From the NCBI GenBank assembly GCA_040143965.1, contig JASJQH010006947.1:1-33702 (forward strand): 33,702 nucleotides of DNA, written 5' to 3'. The notes under the pieces were generated by a model. It worked only from the letters and a program-made list of their open reading frames with translations, was not told where the DNA came from and searched no databases. Both the position numbers and the translations under genes were made by a program. Positions 1 through 9,743 of the stretch are shown here, piece after piece (the stretch's first letter is position 1; each line of letters starts with the position of its first letter). This DNA comes from Basidiobolus ranarum. Its lineage: Eukaryota.

Positions 1-103
1 TTATACGCCAGCCTTGCATGGAAGAAGATCCATAAATGAATCTAGAATTTCCACCCTTGTCGGTTTCTTTCGAGGTAACAGGTTCAGATAGAGTTTGTCC
101 CAT
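1..103 (-). CDS. PTC2: Protein phosphatase 2C (Ptc2/Ptc3 type), 5' end only; runs off the left edge
   Basis: Reverse strand from ATG at 103 reads MGQTLSEPVTSKETDKGGNSRFIYGSSSMQGWRI. This is the characteristic MGQTLSEPV N-terminus and SMQGWR motif of fungal Ptc2/3. Not in the ORF track. A probable 5'-UTR intron lies at 180-274 (GTAAAT...ATTAG on the minus strand). Confidence 0.93.
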   Translation of the reverse strand, partial: MGQTLSEPVTSKETDKGGNSRFIYGSSSMQGWRI

Positions 104-1103
104 TTGTTCAGTTTCTTTATGAAGTAGTCAGTATAGCTTTGTTTATGATTTTGAGCGCACGTCAAAAAGTTTTCAAGTTCTAATAGTACACGTGATACTA
201 AGGATCAGATTAACGTAGAACTTCGATCAGTATCCTTCACAATATTAAGTCAAGAAAAGGAATAATATATTTACCACTGTAGAAAGTATTGAAACGTTAA
301 GTTCGTACTTTATCTAAAGATTATTTAAGGAGTGAACTAAAATAGGTCTTCGTGAAAAGGACTAAATTACACGAGGGAAAGAGTGAAATAGGCTTCAGGA
401 AAATTGAAGGAAAATTGAAATAGAGAGAACTTCTCAAGAAGTATTTCATTCATCGTCGTTACTCGCTGTACTGGTCTATTCCGATCCGTGACGTTAATCA
501 AATGACGATTATTACTGATTAAGAAATTATAGGAGATATTTTTAGGGGAGAAGGGAGTGGGGATCACCTTGGAATCCATAGGACTTTGGCTAGCAATTTG
601 CGCCATCTACTGTTGTCATCTGGTCGCTTATTACCTTATGCTTGACCTTGATTAGTTGGAATTAGTTTGAATCAGGTCGGGTCGGGTCAGGTGAGATTCT
701 CATCAATATTAACATGAGTCCCGTGACGTAAGCTATTAGTCGATGACTAATAATAAGCCTTGACGTAATCTAGCTTGTTTTAGCCGTAGCTATGTCCTTT
801 ATTTTTACTGTAGTCAAATGAACAAGGTATAATTAGCAGACATGGAAAATACAGTGTCAGATCATGTCTCTTTGATTAGCAAGTGGCAAGATTTATCAAT
901 AATGGGTTGACAAGTGCTATTACAACGAAGTGTTATCCTAGATTTATCGTATTCAAGACTTTATTGCTATTGGTACTACTATTCAATGGATCGTATTGTT
1001 TAGACAGCATCCTTCATGAGGACAAGCCAAAAACTTGCTATATAAATAGACATGTGATATTATTGAACTCTAACTGATTCGGTTGAGTATCAACGTAAGC
1101 TTT

Positions 1104-1832
1104 ATGAGTATATTCGTATTGATTCATGGTGCTGAAATGGGCCTTTGGGCATGGGAGAAGTTAGTCCCATACCTTGAGTCTTTGGGACACCAAGTTGTGA
1201 CCTTCGATTTACCTGGCTCATACGAGCATGTGTGTGAAGCTAAAAACGTTACTCTTGCCTCTTATGTTTCATTCACTGTACAGGCCATTCAAGACTTGGG
1301 CAAACCTGTGTTCCTAGTTGGTCACAGTTTTGCAGGAATGGTTATCTCACAAGTTGGAGAGCTTATACCCGACCGTATTCAAGCCTTAATATACTTGACA
1401 GCCTTTCTTCCCATGGATGGTCAATCTGGGTCGGACCTTGTGCAACGAGATGCTGCAGGGGAACTTAAGGACGCAATTGTGATTGTGGATGAAGATAGGT
1501 GTCAAACCAAGCCTGAAGCTATTAAGGATATTTTTCTAAATGATTGTACCCCAGAGACAGTTCAGTGGGGAATTTCAAGATGTCGTCCACAGATATACAA
1601 AGTTATGAGGGAAACCGTGAAATTATCCGATGAGAAATTTGGCAAGCTAAAGAAAGTGTATATTTCTTGTTTGAAAGATCGCGCTATCTCACCTGCGCTT
1701 CAGAAGTTAATGTATACTAGTACACCCTGCGACGAAGTTCTTACTTTGGATGCAGGACATGTTCCTTCCCTATCTATACCTAGTGAATTAGCTAACCTTC
1801 TTGGAACAATTGCTAACAAATATGAACCATGA
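1104..1832 (+). CDS. Alpha/beta-hydrolase, methylesterase/SABP2-like (Abhydrolase_6), 242 aa, intronless
   Basis: ATG at 1104. Motifs FVLIHGA, DLPG, nucleophile elbow GHSFAG, YLTAFLP, acid residue in CLKDRAI and catalytic His in DAGHVP. TATATAAA at 1039-1046. Confidence 0.9.
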   Translation: MSIFVLIHGAEMGLWAWEKLVPYLESLGHQVVTFDLPGSYEHVCEAKNVTLASYVSFTVQAIQDLGKPVFLVGHSFAGMVISQVGELIPDRIQALIYLTAFLPMDGQSGSDLVQRDAAGELKDAIVIVDEDRCQTKPEAIKDIFLNDCTPETVQWGISRCRPQIYKVMRETVKLSDEKFGKLKKVYISCLKDRAISPALQKLMYTSTPCDEVLTLDAGHVPSLSIPSELANLLGTIANKYEP

Positions 1833-2060
1833 GAACCACTGGTTTATCAAATTTTCTGTATGCACGTAGGCCATTCCATTTAGTTTTATGTGGATTAATT
1901 CTTTTAAATGGCAGGTGAATCAATTTTAATGATTGGAAAAGACATTCATCAGCTTGATGACTGTGAGCCATAAATTCCGAGGAAATTATTACATATTTAA
2001 ATACAACACAACATAACCTGCTTTCCACTTGTTGGATTTCCTACGTGTATCATTTATACT

Positions 2061-2658
2061 ATGGAATACATATTTGATAATATGACCGCCTGGTTTGCAC
2101 CTAGCGTTCCACTTGAGTATCGTAAACTTTGGGGTAAATACTCAGCTTAATTAAATACTAAGTCAAACGTGCCGCTAAGTTTCAACTTGTAGTTGAGAAT
2201 GGTGGAAAGATTCAAGCTGATTATAAAGATCCTGGTGTAGAATATCTATTCAGTCAAAGTTCCGAAGATGCTCAAATAGAGGAGTAAATACGACTTGGAT
2301 ACTACTTAATTTACACCAAGGTTAAAATATTTTATTAGTTTACTTCAGCAGGGAGATATGTTAGTATTTAGTTCTGAATGGATACAAAGATCGATGAAGG
2401 TTGGCTATCGACTAAAGCTTGGAAAATTCCTTTTATTTGAAGGTAACAAATGCCCTAATTTTTTTGGAAGTTATATTACTAACTGACGAACCAGAATTAC
2501 TCTCAAGTCAACAAACTACAGAGCAACATAATGAACCTTTAAAAGAACAAGAGTTCATTTCAACTACCCAGCATCACGCTAAGATACCAATAGAACTTGC
2601 TCAAAATGAGGAAGCTATTGGTACACCGAGTAGGTCGAAGCGTCTACGACGCATATAG
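2061..2658 (+). CDS. TERB2-like (BRCT-like N-terminal domain) protein, 143 aa; join(2061..2133,2193..2283,2339..2442,2495..2658)
   Basis: Three GT-AG introns (59, 55 and 52 nt; TACTAAC in the third) give one open frame: MEYIFDNMTAWFAPSVPLEYRKLWVENGGKIQADYKDPGVEYLFSQSSEDAQIEDLLQQGDMLVFSSEWIQRSMKVGYRLKLGKFLLFEELLSS...GTPSRSKRLRRI*. The pattern WFxxSV...RxxWVxxGGxI...LFS...VF...LGxFxL matches the TERB2 N-terminus as recalled. Confidence 0.75.
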
Positions 2659-3066
2659 GATGTAAATTACGTAATAAAGCACTGATGCTCTGTTAAATTC
2701 ATCGATAATTCCAACCATAATATTCACTTTTTTTATTATCCAGATTTCTATCATGAATAACTTGCATTAATTTTCATTAGGTTCTTTAAGGAACATGATA
2801 TTTCATGAATTTTGATAGTTAAGTTCATAATTTGTTACATATCACTAGTCATAAGACACCTTTGGACTACTGAATAAATGAATTGTCAGTGGTAGACAAG
2901 GTTCTAGAAAAGACTTAAAATGACCAGAAAATATGGAGCTTTATTTCGAGCAAAGTGCTCTGAAAACGATACAGGAGAAGGGTTTGACATGAAGTGGTTG
3001 ACATGAAATGGATTAAGGGGGGTGCGATTTGATGATAAGAATGACCAAGATAGCTCCTTCTGATAC

Positions 3067-3774
3067 TTAGTACAAGGGACCATTGTAGGAGTCTCGAGAA
3101 CCATAGTTACCAACTAGAGGAACTTTTGAATTACCGCCATAGTTTCCACCTTTGTAGTACTGCTTCCAGCTACCTTGAAGATTCTTTACGAGGTCTCCAT
3201 ATTTGCCGGTGCCTGCTTCAGCTACAGCCAAGCCAAAACCTTGCTTCATTCCAAGCTCATAACCAGATTTTTCTCCCAATTCGAAACCTTGCTTGAAGCC
3301 TGCGGTTTCTCCTTTCTTCTCAGAGATCGCCTCAGCGTTGTTGTATCCCTTCCAGTATCCCTTGTCAATTCCATCCTGAACTCCATCTTTCCATCCGGTG
3401 ACAACTCCTTGACGCTCGCCCTTGTAGCTACCTTTTTTGGTCCCTTTAGAAAAACCATCTTTGCTACCTATCTTGTAGCCCTCACCATATCCTGACTTGC
3501 GGCCTACGTTGTAACCATTATCATATTGATCATATTGGTTATTGTAGCCATCTCCATGATTACCCTCACCATACCCACCTCCGTAAGGCTTGGTTGGTTT
3601 CACAGGCTTGTATTTCTCATCATAATCATTATGGTTCTCGTCATATTTAGTCTCGTAAGCAGGCTTTACGATACGTCTGGGACTTGTCTTCGCAACCGTT
3701 GATGCTGGATCCGCATCTACTAGGACAGCGGAGAATGTGGCTACAGCAACCAAAGCAAAGGCAGAGAATTTCAT
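3067..3774 (-). CDS. Secreted Gly/Tyr/Lys-rich protein with period-4 glycine (GxxxG) core, paralog 1, 235 aa
   Basis: Signal peptide MKFSAFALVAVATFSAVLVDA. About 25 in-register G/A/S-xxx tetrads. Intronless. TATAAA on the minus strand at 3860-3865. Confidence 0.85.
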   Translation of the reverse strand: MKFSAFALVAVATFSAVLVDADPASTVAKTSPRRIVKPAYETKYDENHNDYDEKYKPVKPTKPYGGGYGEGNHGDGYNNQYDQYDNGYNVGRKSGYGEGYKIGSKDGFSKGTKKGSYKGERQGVVTGWKDGVQDGIDKGYWKGYNNAEAISEKKGETAGFKQGFELGEKSGYELGMKQGFGLAVAEAGTGKYGDLVKNLQGSWKQYYKGGNYGGNSKVPLVGNYGSRDSYNGPLY

Positions 3775-4336
3775 GATGACTGTGATGAGAAATGAGAGTG
3801 AATATGGAGTGGGACAAGTGCAGACACTGGTGAAGAACTTGAATGTCTACAAATTGCTATTTATACCTTGATTTCATGAGTTTCAGCTGTATCTCCCTAA
3901 CAAGGAGTTCAATCATTAAAGCGTGTCACATTTGTTTCATGTTGGTTGGAACAATCTTGAACATATGAAACGGATCCTTTACATAAGAGGATTCATTATA
4001 GCTGCTCTAACAGGATAACTTCGATATCGGCCTTTTCATGCTTATTCTCCATTATTATATATATTTCAGCTTGTTTACTTGTTTGCAAGCCCAGCTCTGG
4101 TGTGGGTTTGGCTTGGGGTAGGAGTTTCATAACCAGGCATTATGATTTTGGGATATTTTCAGATTATTTTGAAAGAGGTGTTAATGTAATTGGATGACGA
4201 GAGAACTGTATTTTATTCATGAATGTATGGAAGAGAAGGAACCTTTGAAATTTTGGATGAAAAGGGGGAAGGCGAGGGAGAGAGAAAGGTTTGGAGATAT
4301 TACGAGTCAAGATACAAGTAGTCTGTTATCTACTTT

Positions 4337-5197
4337 CTAATATCTAACATTGCTAATTTTTTCATCGTAAACACCGTAGTTATTCCCCTTGGAATTGTAA
4401 CTATCATAGCTATCATAATTATCATAGCTATTTCCCTTGTAACTATCATAGCCATATCCCTTGGATTTAATGTCATCGAAGCCGTATCCCTTGGATTTGA
4501 TGCCTCCATAGCCAATTCCCTTGGATTTGTAGCCATCATATTCATCTCCCTTCAAGTTATAGCCACCATCATTGTAGTGCTGTTTCCAGCCGTCCTTGAA
4601 CTTGTGAACTAAGCCTTCATACTTTCCTGTACCAGCTTCAGCGGCTCCTAACGCAAGCCCCTTTTCTAAACCTAGCTCGTAACCGGATTTTTCACCTAGT
4701 CTTAAACCCTCCTTGAATCCGGCTTCCTCTCCCTTCTTCTCGGCGACCTTTTGAGCTTGATCGTATCCATTCCAGTATCCCTTGTCAACTCCGTCTTGGA
4801 TGCCCTCTGCCCATCCGCTAGCAGCTCCTTTCAATTCACCCTTTGAAGAACCCTTAACAAAGCCCTTCTTGAATCCCTTCTCGCTACCAATCTTATAGCC
4901 GGTCTTATATTCGGCTTTACGGCCGTCATTATATCCGTTATCCCATTGGTCATAATGGCTGTTGTAGCTCTTTTCTTTGCCACCATAGCCCTTATCTTTA
5001 CCACCATTGTAGCCTTTGTCGATTTTCACTGGACTAGTTCTACTGACTTTCTGACCACCACCATAGCCGGTTTCCTTGACAATTTTAACAGGACTGGTCT
5101 TAGCTACCTTCTGAACAACTTCTTCAGGCTCAGCAGAGACAAGAAGAGCAGGAGAGGCACTGACAATGACGGCTAGGGCGAGGGTGGAGAATTTCAT
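4337..5197 (-). CDS. Secreted Gly/Tyr/Lys-rich protein with period-4 glycine core, paralog 2, 286 aa
   Basis: True start is ATG 5197 (MKFSTLALAVIVSASPALLVSA), supported by paralog 1 and by TATAAA at 5286-5291. The core aligns to paralog 1 without gaps. C-terminal KSKG(I/Y)G(Y/F) repeats. Confidence 0.85.
   Translation of the reverse strand: MKFSTLALAVIVSASPALLVSAEPEEVVQKVAKTSPVKIVKETGYGGGQKVSRTSPVKIDKGYNGGKDKGYGGKEKSYNSHYDQWDNGYNDGRKAEYKTGYKIGSEKGFKKGFVKGSSKGELKGAASGWAEGIQDGVDKGYWNGYDQAQKVAEKKGEEAGFKEGLRLGEKSGYELGLEKGLALGAAEAGTGKYEGLVHKFKDGWKQHYNDGGYNLKGDEYDGYKSKGIGYGGIKSKGYGFDDIKSKGYGYDSYKGNSYDNYDSYDSYNSKGNNYGVYDEKISNVRY
4440..4535 (-). repeat. Three imperfect 30-bp coding tandem repeats (YKSKGIGYGG / IKSKGYGFDD / IKSKGYGYDS)
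   Basis: CCCTTGGATTT recurs at 30-nt spacing on the + strand (about 4458, 4488, 4518). Confidence 0.75.
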
Positions 5198-6105
5198 GAT
5201 GGCGAGAGAGGAGAGGTGTAAGGAAAATGCTGAGAGTAGGAGAGCAATTGGACACACCAAGTACAATGTCGCTTGAGCTGGTCCATTTATACGAAAATAA
5301 CAGCAACCTTGAATAGATTTCCTTGATTCATGCATGAATTGAATGTTGATGCGAATACCCCTTTGTTTCGTTTCGCTTCACTTTACATCATATTCAATAT
5401 CTGTAGATACTCCTTGAATCTCTCCTTATGAAACTCATCAACGAAACCCCCTTTATTTCTGGGATTATTCCGGAAGTTTTTTTCTTACTAATTCACCAAT
5501 GAATTCTTGAGATACTCTGGGAAGCGTCACGGGTGATTTCAGTTACCGCTTTACCACCCAGCTCAGGATAAGCCAGGGTTTCAATTGAACGCAATGAATA
5601 TGGTACATAAGGTAATTGAGATTGGGTAATTGCTGAAACTTTCTTCTTTCTGGAGGTTTTCAATACGTATTATAGTTACCTGGGTATCTTTGGTGATATG
5701 TTCCACTGCTCCAGAACTGTAAAGGAGCGGTGACTATTAGTAATGATTCTGTTAACAATTCACCAATAAAGTGACTGTGGCACGAAATCAGGTTGCCAAG
5801 ATCAAATCTAAAGACTGAATATGTTAGTAGAAAAACACGACAGATTCTTAGACGCTAAATAAAGTTAGAGGTTGATCCGTATCTTCTTTCGTCAGTGTAG
5901 CACTGCATGCGAGCTATCCATTGGATATATCCGTAATTATTGTAACACTTGCCGTATAAATGGTAAATTCACTATGATGCGCTTGCATAGTATAGATTAA
6001 TATTAAGCTTATCTCATCACTATCGAATACTCTAAATACAGGATCATCAACATTTTGCTACTTCTACTGTCACTTCTACACTTATCCTCAGAGAAAACCT
6101 CCACC

Positions 6106-7632
6106 ATGAAAGCTCAACACTTCTATAAGAAGATTTTGAGAGAGTCTCCGGAGATATATAAATATGAACTCAAGTCAAGTTCGGCTCGAGCAAGTCCCTT
6201 CAAATCCTGGGGAATTTGTTTATGTTTATTACTGTTAGGTGCTACATTCTTGGGAGTGGTTCGAGTGAATTCAAACTCTCCGAACGAAGTCCAAGAAAGT
6301 CTAATTACCTCTAATTGTCCTTCTCTCACACATCCTAATCTCCCAGCGTTAGGAGAAGAAGAATGCGAAGAGGTGACCTCTCTAGACGCAAAATTCAGGG
6401 TATTCAATTGTAAATCTTTGGATATGTGCCAGGCTGGATACATCAAGATTCAACGTATTAACCAAGAATATTGTGAGTTGGCCAAAAACATCCGCTACTC
6501 TCAAAGCCCTGTCCATAGTCAATACTTTGGTCTTGTTGATGGACCCGATACTTTCTATGTTAACTTTACTGGTGCTCAGAAGCTAGCGGTATCTGGGTGG
6601 AAGTTCAACAGCGATTGTAGCTATCATTACCCATATAATTTCTATAACTCTGGCGAAATTACTCTCAATATCGTACATGTTTATGAGAATTTCAACGGAG
6701 TGAACGAAGTATCTCAGGAATGGCCCCAATATCTTGGGAATATTATTGTTCAGGATCATATTGATGCTATATGTCCTCAATGTCCTACTCTAAACATCGG
6801 CGAAAAGGGCTTCGGCCCAGGTGATTCCCCGGTAAATATGCCTTTGTCCATTTGTAGCTATGATAGACCGGTTGAAGGAGCATGGATTCCAACTAAGGAT
6901 AAGGCACTCTCTACCTCAGGTTACCTATGGTCTCCGATAGGATGTCGGTACCCGTACAAATACAAATCGGTTGTAGAGAGGACATGCTTAAAGAATTCAC
7001 GCTCCATTTTATTTACTGGTGACTCACAAATTCGAGTTACATTCGATAGCTTATGGCGCCGCTTGGAAGGGCAAGCGGAAAGAGTAGATGCCTTGAATCG
7101 TTTCTTGGACCGCACGAAAGTCGTGGGTAATGTAACCCTCTATCATCACAAGGATGTATTCTTGGAAGATATCGTGAGTCGCACAGCAAAAGAACTGTTA
7201 CAATATGATGTGATTGTATTTAATTTCGCACAATGGCCTGCCTCGGGGCCAAAAAATGGTGGACACTGGACTACGGAGAAGTATCTATCCACGCTAACCA
7301 ACGTGACCAACTTCTTAATAGATATACAAAACTCTCGTCCAAAGGAGAAGCCTTTGCGTCTGATATGGCATGGCATACACGCCTTCTCTTCTGTTAATCC
7401 ATACTCCAAGAGTCGGGTCGACTGGCGCACCAACTCACGACTAAAAAATTGGGACGTATTTTCAGAAGCTCTAATGAAGGCGCAGAAGATTAGTGCCATC
7501 AACTCCTTTCATATTACGTACCCAATGATAGATACCAGTCCTGATAAAGCTCATTATTTTGGCACTGATGCTGAAGAGGCTATTGTAGATGAAACACTGC
7601 ACAAGTTAGACCTGTGTAACTCAATTAATTAA
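6106..7632 (+). CDS. Type-II membrane SGNH/PC-esterase-family protein (TBL/Cas1/NXPE-like O-acyl esterase or transferase), paralog 1, 508 aa
   Basis: ATG 6106 in CCACCATG context. One N-terminal TM segment (GICLCLLLLGATFLGVV), a Cys-rich stem, WSPIGC, ILFTGDSQIR (GDS) and C-terminal DKAHY (DxxH). Intronless. Confidence 0.85.
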   Translation: MKAQHFYKKILRESPEIYKYELKSSSARASPFKSWGICLCLLLLGATFLGVVRVNSNSPNEVQESLITSNCPSLTHPNLPALGEEECEEVTSLDAKFRVFNCKSLDMCQAGYIKIQRINQEYCELAKNIRYSQSPVHSQYFGLVDGPDTFYVNFTGAQKLAVSGWKFNSDCSYHYPYNFYNSGEITLNIVHVYENFNGVNEVSQEWPQYLGNIIVQDHIDAICPQCPTLNIGEKGFGPGDSPVNMPLSICSYDRPVEGAWIPTKDKALSTSGYLWSPIGCRYPYKYKSVVERTCLKNSRSILFTGDSQIRVTFDSLWRRLEGQAERVDALNRFLDRTKVVGNVTLYHHKDVFLEDIVSRTAKELLQYDVIVFNFAQWPASGPKNGGHWTTEKYLSTLTNVTNFLIDIQNSRPKEKPLRLIWHGIHAFSSVNPYSKSRVDWRTNSRLKNWDVFSEALMKAQKISAINSFHITYPMIDTSPDKAHYFGTDAEEAIVDETLHKLDLCNSIN

Positions 7633-8222
7633 CCTTTTACCCTTAATTATATATATTTCCTTGTTTAATCTATGCCTGGCTCTTTCTTAATAAAATTGAT
7701 GAAATGGGTTAGCGGAACTCTGTAAATCCTATGCTCGACAGGCCTTGGTAATCGAAAGAATCTCATACCAAATAGAGTCGGGTGATGTAACATGTATAGC
7801 ACTGAAGAAAGTAATACCCACGAAAGTGATAACCTCGTGTTAACAGGGAATGTCTCTATTTTTGGGGCGAGAGAATTTCGCGGTATGAGACCGTCTCACA
7901 AGGTCCACTTACAGAACCCCGTATCACCTTGTTGAGGATATAACCTAGTACTAAGAGTATGATCATCAGACAACCAACTTCATGTATCCCAATAAGTAGG
8001 TCATTTAGACGCTCTTTCTGGCTAATAATCAGAATTAACTACATGCAAAGTAATGAGAATAGTAATGGGAACATTGAAGACACATTTCAACGAGCCTTGA
8101 TGTCATAAGTAATGTAATGATTGAAATAGGGGATTGTTATTATGACTATATGCACATTATATCCATCTTGCCTATATATATGTCGCCAAATCATCCCCAT
8201 TACTTTTTATTAAAGTTTACCG

Positions 8223-9743
8223 ATGCCTCATAATAGCTTTACCGAAAAACTCTTACAAAACTCTGAAGAAGATTTAGATGAAGTTAAAGTAAACCTCCCT
8301 GTACGGAAATTACTGAGACGAAAATTCCGATTGATCTGTTCGCTGCTGATAGTTTTCGGGCTAAGCCTCATTGGCTATTTAGCTATTTCAAAAGAGCAGT
8401 CTTATGCCAGTATATCAGACACAAGTTGCTCTTTGAACGAGTTGAAGAGTGTCTCTAGAGTGGAGGATGAATCTGACTGTAACATTATTTCAAATACTTC
8501 CACCGATTTCCAAATATCTATTTGTCAATCACGGCGAAACTGTCACTCAGGATACGTTCTTATCGAAAGAACTGATAAGAAGTACTGCAAAGAAGCGAAT
8601 GATATTGAGATTTCGCCTAACCCTTCGTATACAGAGCTTTTCCATGCCTTCGACGGGCCTGACACATTCTATGTAAACTTCACTGGAGTGGAGAAATATT
8701 CCATTTACCAATGGCTATATGATGAAAACTGCGCTTACAAGTTTCCATATCAATTCTCCAACGCGGGAGAGGTCTCTATGGAAATAATTCATGTATACAA
8801 GGATTATGATGGAGTTAACGAGGTTTCTCAAAGTTGGCCCCCGTATTTAGGAACAACTTTAATTACTGGTTATAAAATGGAGGTCTGCCCTGGATGTCTA
8901 ACTATCGATAGTCATGGTGCAAGGTTCGATACTTCCTCTAAGAAGATACGAGAATGCAGCCGTGAAATCTCGACACCTGGCGCTTGGCTCGCTGTAAATC
9001 CTCATACATCTATCAATATATCTACTTCCGGGTATGTATGGACACCGCTCGGGTGTCAATACCCTAACACATTCCGTGGAAATAGGGACAACCAATGCTT
9101 TCGGAACAAACGATCCATTTTATTTTTTGGTGATTCTCAAATTCGTGTAATGTATGAAAATCTATGGAGGCGTCTGGAAGGTCAAACAACAAGAGTGCAT
9201 GCTATTACGAAGTTCTTCGACATGAAAAAAGAGATAGGCAACATTACACTTTGGCACCACAAGGATGTTTTCTTAGAAGATATAGTTACAAGAAACGATA
9301 GTTATTTGATGAGCTTTGACACATTGGTCTTTAACTTTGCTCAATGGCCTGCATCTGGGCCAGCATTCGGCGGACATTGGACTACAGAGCGGTTTTTGAA
9401 TGCATTAAATAACATCACCGATTTTTTAATCGGGGTTCAAAATCGACGCCCTAATGAGAGGCCCCTGCATCTGATATGGCAAGGAATCCATGCGTTTTCC
9501 ATGAAAAATATCTACTCCAAAAAACGCAATGATTGGCGCACTCTGAGTAGACTGAAGAATTGGAACCGTCTAGCCGAAAATATGGTTCGTTCCAAGGGAA
9601 TCAAAACTATGAATTCATTCGAGATCACATATTCGATGTTAGATACCAGTCCCGATAATGCCCATTACTATGGCACAGATGCTGAGGAAGCAGTTGTAGA
9701 TGAAGCAATTCATAAGTTGGATTTGTGCACCCCTTTTCTTTAG
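8223..9743 (+). CDS. Type-II membrane SGNH/PC-esterase-family protein, paralog 2, 506 aa
   Basis: TM segment LICSLLIVFGLSLIGYLAI, WTPLGC, ILFFGDSQIR and DNAHY. Shares long blocks with paralog 1 (DGPDTFYVNFTG, HHKDVFLEDIV, VFNFAQWPASGP). Confidence 0.87.
   Translation: MPHNSFTEKLLQNSEEDLDEVKVNLPVRKLLRRKFRLICSLLIVFGLSLIGYLAISKEQSYASISDTSCSLNELKSVSRVEDESDCNIISNTSTDFQISICQSRRNCHSGYVLIERTDKKYCKEANDIEISPNPSYTELFHAFDGPDTFYVNFTGVEKYSIYQWLYDENCAYKFPYQFSNAGEVSMEIIHVYKDYDGVNEVSQSWPPYLGTTLITGYKMEVCPGCLTIDSHGARFDTSSKKIRECSREISTPGAWLAVNPHTSINISTSGYVWTPLGCQYPNTFRGNRDNQCFRNKRSILFFGDSQIRVMYENLWRRLEGQTTRVHAITKFFDMKKEIGNITLWHHKDVFLEDIVTRNDSYLMSFDTLVFNFAQWPASGPAFGGHWTTERFLNALNNITDFLIGVQNRRPNERPLHLIWQGIHAFSMKNIYSKKRNDWRTLSRLKNWNRLAENMVRSKGIKTMNSFEITYSMLDTSPDNAHYYGTDAEEAVVDEAIHKLDLCTPFL

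Noticed and set aside
3175-3495. Antisense and alternate-frame ORFs over real genes (also 4946, 6123, 7146, 10886, 11375, 16954, 18687, 18889, 21222 and others)
   Set aside because: Shadow frames of well-supported CDSs, with no motifs of their own.
3250-3520. Calling the GxxxG proteins flagellar FliH or Yae1
   Set aside because: Only the glycine periodicity is shared. They have signal peptides and lack the FliH C-terminal domain, and the context is eukaryotic.
5198-5335. 46-aa N-terminal extension of the 332-aa ORF
   Set aside because: It spans the TATA box, and the paralog and signal peptide place the start at 5197.
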